Shown here: in pieces, positions 59,583 to 64,000 of the stretch
Position numbering within the stretch: the first letter of the stretch is position 1
Layout of the letters: each line of letters starts with the position of its first letter
Origin: an uncultured Rhodocyclaceae bacterium
GTDB taxonomy: Bacteria > Pseudomonadota > Gammaproteobacteria > Burkholderiales > Rhodocyclaceae
NCBI GenBank assembly: GCA_900549295.1
Contig: URNG01000001.1
Coordinates: forward strand, 323-64,322
Reading direction: 5' to 3'
Length of the DNA: 64,000 nt
Made by a program: the position numbers and the translations under genes
Notes under the pieces: generated by a model
What the model was told of the DNA's origin: nothing
Databases searched by the model: none
Seen by the model: only the letters and a program-made list of their open reading frames with translations

Positions 59583-59612
59583 CGCAGCGTTTTTCGGCTG
59601 CGGGTTTTTTAT
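59583..59612. terminator. Bidirectional intrinsic terminator CCCGCAGC-GTTTTTCG-GCTGCGGG + T6 (A-run on the other side)
   Basis: Seen directly. Serves pcuAC(+) and bfr(-). Confidence 0.7.
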
Positions 59613-59671
59613 GGGTGCTGCAGGAGCGTTAACTTATTGAGAAATCAGCCTCTCAAGTAAGGTTTTGAGGC

Positions 59672-60151
59672 TTATTTGCTCGCTGCCATATGCGCCTGCA
59701 GGTAGTTGGGTAGCGTCACGTCGCCGATCAGCGTGTGCTGCGTTTCCAGCCAGTCGATGGCTTCCTCGCAGTGTTCCAGCAGGTCTTCCAGCAGTTCGCG
59801 GCTGACGTAATCCTTGGCTTCTTCGCACAGGGCGATGGCCTCTATCAGCAGCGGGCGCTGGATCGTTTGCTCGTACTGCAAATCGCCCTGCAGGCATTCG
59901 ACCACGTTTTCGCCGATCAGCAGCTTGCCCAGGTTTTGCAGATTGGGCAGCCCTTCCAGAAACAGCACGCGCTCGATCAGTTCGTCGGCTTCCTTCATGA
60001 CGCGGATCGACTGCTTGTACTGGTAGTCGTTGAGCTTTTCCAGCCCCCAGTTGCGGAACATGCGAGCGTGCAGGAAATACTGGTTGATCGCCGTCAGTTC
60101 GTTTTTCAGCACCTTGTTGAGCGCTTCGATGACCTTCTTGTCGCCTTTCAT
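59672..60151 (-). CDS. bfr: Bacterioferritin subunit, haem-binding type (Met52 present; ferroxidase ligands E51/H54 replaced by V51/E54)
   Basis: Residue-level comparison with E. coli Bfr, done by hand. Confidence 0.85.
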   Translation of the reverse strand: MKGDKKVIEALNKVLKNELTAINQYFLHARMFRNWGLEKLNDYQYKQSIRVMKEADELIERVLFLEGLPNLQNLGKLLIGENVVECLQGDLQYEQTIQRPLLIEAIALCEEAKDYVSRELLEDLLEHCEEAIDWLETQHTLIGDVTLPNYLQAHMAASK

Positions 60152-60160
60152 GGTGGCTCC

Positions 60161-60649
60161 TTATGCCGCGCTGCCCGAGCCGCCCATCTGGCTTTGCAGG
60201 TAATTCTGCAGGCCGGTCAACTCGATCAGGCGCAGTTGCTTTTCCAGGAAGTAGGCGTGATCTATCTCGGTGTCCTCGAGCTGGATCTTCAGCATGTCGC
60301 GGGTGACGAAATCCTGGGCCTTCTCGCAGGCAACGATGGCTTTTTTCAGGTCGCCGTCGACCTTGTATTCCACGTCGAGATCGGCTTTCAGCATCTCCGG
60401 TACGGTCTTGCCGACCTTCAGAGCCTCGCGCTTGGCCAGATTCGGCTTGCCTTCCAGGAACAGGATGCGCTGGATCAGGGCGCGGGCATGCTGGCGCTCG
60501 TGGTCGGATTCGTGGATCGACTTCTCGGCCAGGACGTTCAACCCCATGTCGGCGTACATTTCGCCGTGCAGCAGGTATTGATCCACCGCCGTCAGTTCGC
60601 CGGCCAGCAGTTCGTTAAGGATGTCGATGATTTTCTTGTCGCCCTTCAT
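60161..60649 (-). CDS. bfr: Bacterioferritin subunit, ferroxidase type (E18, Y25, E51, H54, E94 present; Arg52 instead of haem-ligand Met)
   Basis: Start ATG at 60647-60649 with GGAGA RBS. Residue-level comparison with E. coli Bfr. Confidence 0.85.
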   Translation of the reverse strand: MKGDKKIIDILNELLAGELTAVDQYLLHGEMYADMGLNVLAEKSIHESDHERQHARALIQRILFLEGKPNLAKREALKVGKTVPEMLKADLDVEYKVDGDLKKAIVACEKAQDFVTRDMLKIQLEDTEIDHAYFLEKQLRLIELTGLQNYLQSQMGGSGSAA

Positions 60650-60836
60650 GGTTGTTCTCCGTTGCAAGGAAAGCGTATTGTAGGAGCTTCGGGTGGGTTT
60701 GACGAATCCTGCCGACTGCGGCAGGCCAAAACCGTGGCGGTCTTGAGGCCCGGATTTTCCTGCATGGCACTTGCGCGGGAGCAGGATTTCGCGCTAGAAT
60801 CCGCGCCTTTGATTCTTCACCTTTTGGATTTCATTC

Positions 60837-61112
60837 ATGGCCAATAGCGCACAAGCCCGCAAGCGCGCACGTCAAGCAGACAAGCAGCGCGCCCATAACG
60901 CAAGCCTGCGTTCGACCCTGCGCACCGCGATCAAGCGCGTGCGCAAGGCGATCCTCGCCGGCGACAAAGCCGCCGCCCAAGGCGTCTTCCAGGAATCGGT
61001 GTCGGTGATCGACCGCATCGCCGACAAGAAAATCGTGCACAAGAACGCCGCGGCCCGCACCAAGAGCCGCCTCTCGGCACAGATCAAGGCGCTGGGCGTT
61101 ACCGCCGCCTGA
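60837..61112 (+). CDS. rpsT: 30S ribosomal protein S20
   Basis: [23 protein letters not shown]… S20 family. Confidence 0.92.
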   Translation: MANSAQARKRARQADKQRAHNASLRSTLRTAIKRVRKAILAGDKAAAQGVFQESVSVIDRIADKKIVHKNAAARTKSRLSAQIKALGVTAA

Positions 61113-61146
61113 GCGTTTCAGTATCTTCGGCTTCGGCCCTGAAAAA

Positions 61147-61185
61147 AGCCTCGCAAACCAAGCGGTTTCGAGGCTTTTTTGTTTT
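61147..61185 (+). terminator. rpsT intrinsic terminator AAGCCTCG…CGAGGCTT + TTTTTTGTTTT
   Basis: Seen directly. Confidence 0.7.
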
Positions 61186-61249
61186 GACTGGCTTTGGGTT
61201 CCGGCTGGTTTATCGCATCGGAACCCACGCGCTGTGTACTTGCGGGCCT

Positions 61250-61312
61250 GGGGCCATGACCCAGGCGGGGGCGTTGTTGGGACAGGGCGGCGGCATCAGG
61301 GATTTTGTCCGG
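61250..61312 (+). repeat. Intergenic repeat, copy B: GGGGCCATGACCCAGGC … GGGATTTTGTCCGG
   Basis: See copy A (48448-48502). Confidence 0.5.
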
Positions 61313-61397
61313 GGCATCGCCCCGGACCAATATGTTTTCGATGGTCTGATTTTGCCTGCGGCCCCCTTTCCCGTGAGGGAAGAGGGGGCATGATGGT

Positions 61398-63203
61398 TTA
61401 CGCGGCGAACAGCGCGTCGCCTAGGGCCAGACAGCCGCTGTCGCCGGCCTTGACCGTTTCCGCGCAGGCAATCGCCTTCGGCAGCATCTGGTCGGCATAG
61501 AAGCGGGCGCTGGCGAGTTTGGCACGGTAGAAAGCTTGGTCGCCTTCGCCCGTGTCGAGATGGGTGCTGGCGGCGAGCGCGGCCTTGGCCATCATCCAGC
61601 CGTTGCAGACGACGACGGCGAGCTCGAGGTAGGACACGGCGGCGGCCAGCACCGGGCCGTAGCCGCCCTTGGCGCTTTCGGCCAGCCATTCGGTGGTGTC
61701 GGTCCACATCTTGAGTGCCACGCCCAATTTCTGGGCGATGCCGGCGAGTTCGGGTTTGCCGCTGGCCCCCAACGCTTTCACCGTGCCGTAGATTTCGCCG
61801 AAAACGAGTTTGGCGGTGGCCCCTTGGTCGCGCATCAGCTTGCGGAACAGGAGGTCGTTGGCCTGGATGCCGGTGGTGCCTTCGTAGATGGTGGTGATGC
61901 GGGCGTCGCGCCAGTGCTGCGCCGCGCCGGTTTCTTCGATGAAGCCCATGCCGCCGTGAATCTGGATGCCGAGCGAGGTGACTTCGATGCCCATTTCGGT
62001 GCCGCCGCCCTTGACGATGGGGATCATGAATTCGGCGAGGTAGAGGGCTTTCTTGCGCTCGTCCGCATCGGCCAGGTGGCTGGCGCGGTCGAGCAGCCCG
62101 GAGGTGTAGTAGGTGAGGGCGCGGGCGGCTTCGACGCGCGATTTCATCAGCATCAGCATGCGCCGGATGTCCGGGTGCTTGTCGATGGACACCAGCGCCT
62201 CGCCGGTCAGCGCGTCGCGCCCCTGCTTGCGTTCGCGGGCGTAGGCCAGCGCCTGCTGGTAGGCGCGCTCGCCGAGCGCCACGCCTTGCAGGCCGACGCC
62301 CAGGCGCGCTTCGTTCATCATGATGAACATGTATTCGAGGCCGCGATTGGCTTCGCCGAGCAGCCAGCCGACGGCGCCGCCATTATCGCCATAGGCCATG
62401 ACGCAGGTCGGGCTGGCGTGGATGCCGAGCTTGTGTTCGAGCGACACGCAGTAAGCGTCGTTGCGCACGCCGAGCGAACCGTCGGCATTGACCAGGAACT
62501 TCGGCACCAGGAACATCGAGATGCCCTTGACCCCCGGCGGCGCGTCCGGCAAGCGGGCCAGCACGAGATGCACGATGTTGTCGGTCATGTCGTGGTCGCC
62601 GTAGGTGATGAAGATTTTCTGGCCGAACATGCGGTAGCTGCCGTCGGCCTGCGGTTCGGCGCGCGAGCGGATCAGCGCCAGATCGGAGCCGGCCTGCGGC
62701 TCGGTCAGGTTCATGGTGCCCGTCCATTCGCCGGACACCATCTTGTCCAAATACACGGCCTTCAGTTCGTCGCTGGCGCAGGTGAGCAGCGCTTCGACCG
62801 CGCCGGTGGTGAGCAAGGGGCCGAGGCTGAAGGAGATGTTGGCGGCGCACAGCATTTCCTTGGCGGCGATGCCCAGGGTGTTGGGCAGGCCCTGGCCGCC
62901 GAACTCAGCGGGCAGGGTGATGCCGTTCCAGCCCGCTTCGCGGTACTGATCGTAGGCGGCTTTCCAGCCGGGCGGCGTGGTAACGCCTTCGGCAGTGAGC
63001 TTGCAGCCTTGCTGGTCGCCGATACGGTTGAGGGGGGCGATGATTTCGCCGGCGAATTTGGCGGCTTCGTCGAGAATGGCGTCGGCCAGGTCGGGCGTGG
63101 CTTCGGCGAAATCCGGCAGTTGCGAGAGTTCCTTGAAGCCGGCGATTTCGTCCATGACGAAACGCATGTCCTTGATCGGGGCGCGATAGTCGCTCATGTT
63201 CAA
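61398..63203 (-). CDS. Acyl-CoA dehydrogenase, long (~600 aa) FadE-like form with C-terminal extension
   Basis: ACAD N, middle and C domains (…GGMGFIEETGAAQHWRDARITTIYEGTTGIQ…). Confidence 0.85.
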   Translation of the reverse strand: MNMSDYRAPIKDMRFVMDEIAGFKELSQLPDFAEATPDLADAILDEAAKFAGEIIAPLNRIGDQQGCKLTAEGVTTPPGWKAAYDQYREAGWNGITLPAEFGGQGLPNTLGIAAKEMLCAANISFSLGPLLTTGAVEALLTCASDELKAVYLDKMVSGEWTGTMNLTEPQAGSDLALIRSRAEPQADGSYRMFGQKIFITYGDHDMTDNIVHLVLARLPDAPPGVKGISMFLVPKFLVNADGSLGVRNDAYCVSLEHKLGIHASPTCVMAYGDNGGAVGWLLGEANRGLEYMFIMMNEARLGVGLQGVALGERAYQQALAYARERKQGRDALTGEALVSIDKHPDIRRMLMLMKSRVEAARALTYYTSGLLDRASHLADADERKKALYLAEFMIPIVKGGGTEMGIEVTSLGIQIHGGMGFIEETGAAQHWRDARITTIYEGTTGIQANDLLFRKLMRDQGATAKLVFGEIYGTVKALGASGKPELAGIAQKLGVALKMWTDTTEWLAESAKGGYGPVLAAAVSYLELAVVVCNGWMMAKAALAASTHLDTGEGDQAFYRAKLASARFYADQMLPKAIACAETVKAGDSGCLALGDALFAA

Positions 63204-63242
63204 TGTCTCCTTGGTATGGGTTATTGGTCAGTTACGTGAAAT

Positions 63243-64000
63243 TCAGAACGGGGAGGCGCACAGCGCCGCCTTGGCGCGCTGGTAATCGGCATGCAGGGCG
63301 GCGATGATCTCGGCGGCCGGGCGCACGGCGTCGATGGTGCCGACGCCTTGCCCGGCGCCCCAGATGTCCTTCCACGCCTTCGGCCCGGCCTCGCTGGAGG
63401 CGCCGAAATTCATGGCCGATTTGTCGCGCACCGGCAGATTCTCCGGGTCGAGGCCGGCGGCGAGGATGCTCTGTTTGAGGTAGTTGCCGTGCACGCCGGT
63501 GAAATACGGCGTATACACCACGTCCTTGGCGGCGGCATCGACCACCGCCTGCTTGTAGGCTTCGACCGCGTTGGCCTCGCGGCTGGCGATGAAGCGCGTC
63601 CCCATGTAGGCGAAATCGGCGCCCATGGCCTGCGCGGCGAGAATGGATGCGCCATTGCTGATGGCGCCGGAGAGCGCGATCGGGCCGTCCCAGAATTGGC
63701 GGATCTCGCTCACCAGCGCGAACGGACTCAAAGTGCCGGCGTGGCCACCGGCCCCGGCACAGACCAGGATCAGGCCGTCCACACCGGCTTCGATGGCTTT
63801 TTCGGCATGGCGCACGCTGATGACGTCGTGGAACACCTGGCCGCCGTAGCCATGCACCAGCGGCACGATCTGCGTCGGTGCCGAAAGACTGGTGATGATG
63901 AGCGGCACCTCGTGCTTCACGCACAGCGCCATGTCGTGTTCGAGGCGGGTGTTCGACGGATGGATGATCTGATTGACGGCAAACGGCGCGGCAGCCGGGG
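63243..64000 (-). CDS. Nitronate monooxygenase (2-nitropropane dioxygenase family), 5'-truncated by the window edge
   Basis: C-terminal two-thirds of an NMO/FMN-dependent family protein. Coding continues to the window end on the minus strand. Confidence 0.75.
   Translation of the reverse strand, partial: PAAAPFAVNQIIHPSNTRLEHDMALCVKHEVPLIITSLSAPTQIVPLVHGYGGQVFHDVISVRHAEKAIEAGVDGLILVCAGAGGHAGTLSPFALVSEIRQFWDGPIALSGAISNGASILAAQAMGADFAYMGTRFIASREANAVEAYKQAVVDAAAKDVVYTPYFTGVHGNYLKQSILAAGLDPENLPVRDKSAMNFGASSEAGPKAWKDIWGAGQGVGTIDAVRPAAEIIAALHADYQRAKAALCASPF

Noticed and set aside
60650-60836. Fur box or bfd gene upstream of the bacterioferritin pair
   Set aside because: No AT-rich GATAATGATAATCATTATC-like 19-mer and no small ferredoxin ORF. 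The region instead holds the rpsT promoter (TAGAAT) and a 7-bp hairpin.
61184-61393. 69-aa TTG-initiated ORF covering repeat copy B
   Set aside because: No RBS and no homology. The equivalent frame in copy A is shifted by 1 nt, so conservation is at DNA level rather than protein level.

Overview
The window is a GC-rich (~65%) chromosomal segment that looks betaproteobacterial (Rhodocyclales/Neisseriales-like gene order). It is almost entirely densely packed core housekeeping genes. There is no CRISPR array, integrase, transposase or phage module.

Main gene content, in order:
- tldD, a dihaem cytochrome c4 and a class-I DAHP synthase.
- A queD-patatin pair coupled by an ATGA overlap, divergent from an unassigned radical-SAM gene.
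- An XRE/YiaG-like HTH regulator with an AT-rich operator island, then tRNA-Ser(UGA).
- nadK-recN, fur, bamE-dapB, an orphan hybrid histidine kinase, and carA/carB.
- The conserved block greA / yhbY / rlmE-ftsH-folP-glmM / tpiA-secG-tRNA-Leu(GAG), followed by the complete 14-gene nuoA-N operon.
- An SRP RNA (ffs) gene directly upstream of dnaX-ybaB-recR, which the ORF track does not show.
- petABC, sspAB, a short CbiX, a small DUF3579-like gene, and a low-complexity HEXXH protein flanked by short repeats.
- suhB divergent from trmJ, then a LysR regulator divergent from fpr.
- A speH-speE operon with a long structured leader, an EamA transporter-mtfA pair, and relA.
- A hypothetical membrane protein-sco1-pcuAC copper cluster, two tandem and complementary bacterioferritin genes, rpsT, a ~600-aa acyl-CoA dehydrogenase, and a partial nitronate monooxygenase.

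No complete novel multi-gene system is evident. The most unusual items are:
- the HEXXH low-complexity gene with its repeat-rich flanks;
- a 17-mer-anchored intergenic repeat present twice in the window;
- the AT-rich operator array beside tRNA-Ser;
- the non-canonical radical-SAM partner of queD;
- several structured leaders and palindromes.

Large antisense ORFs in the six-frame track are high-GC artefacts.
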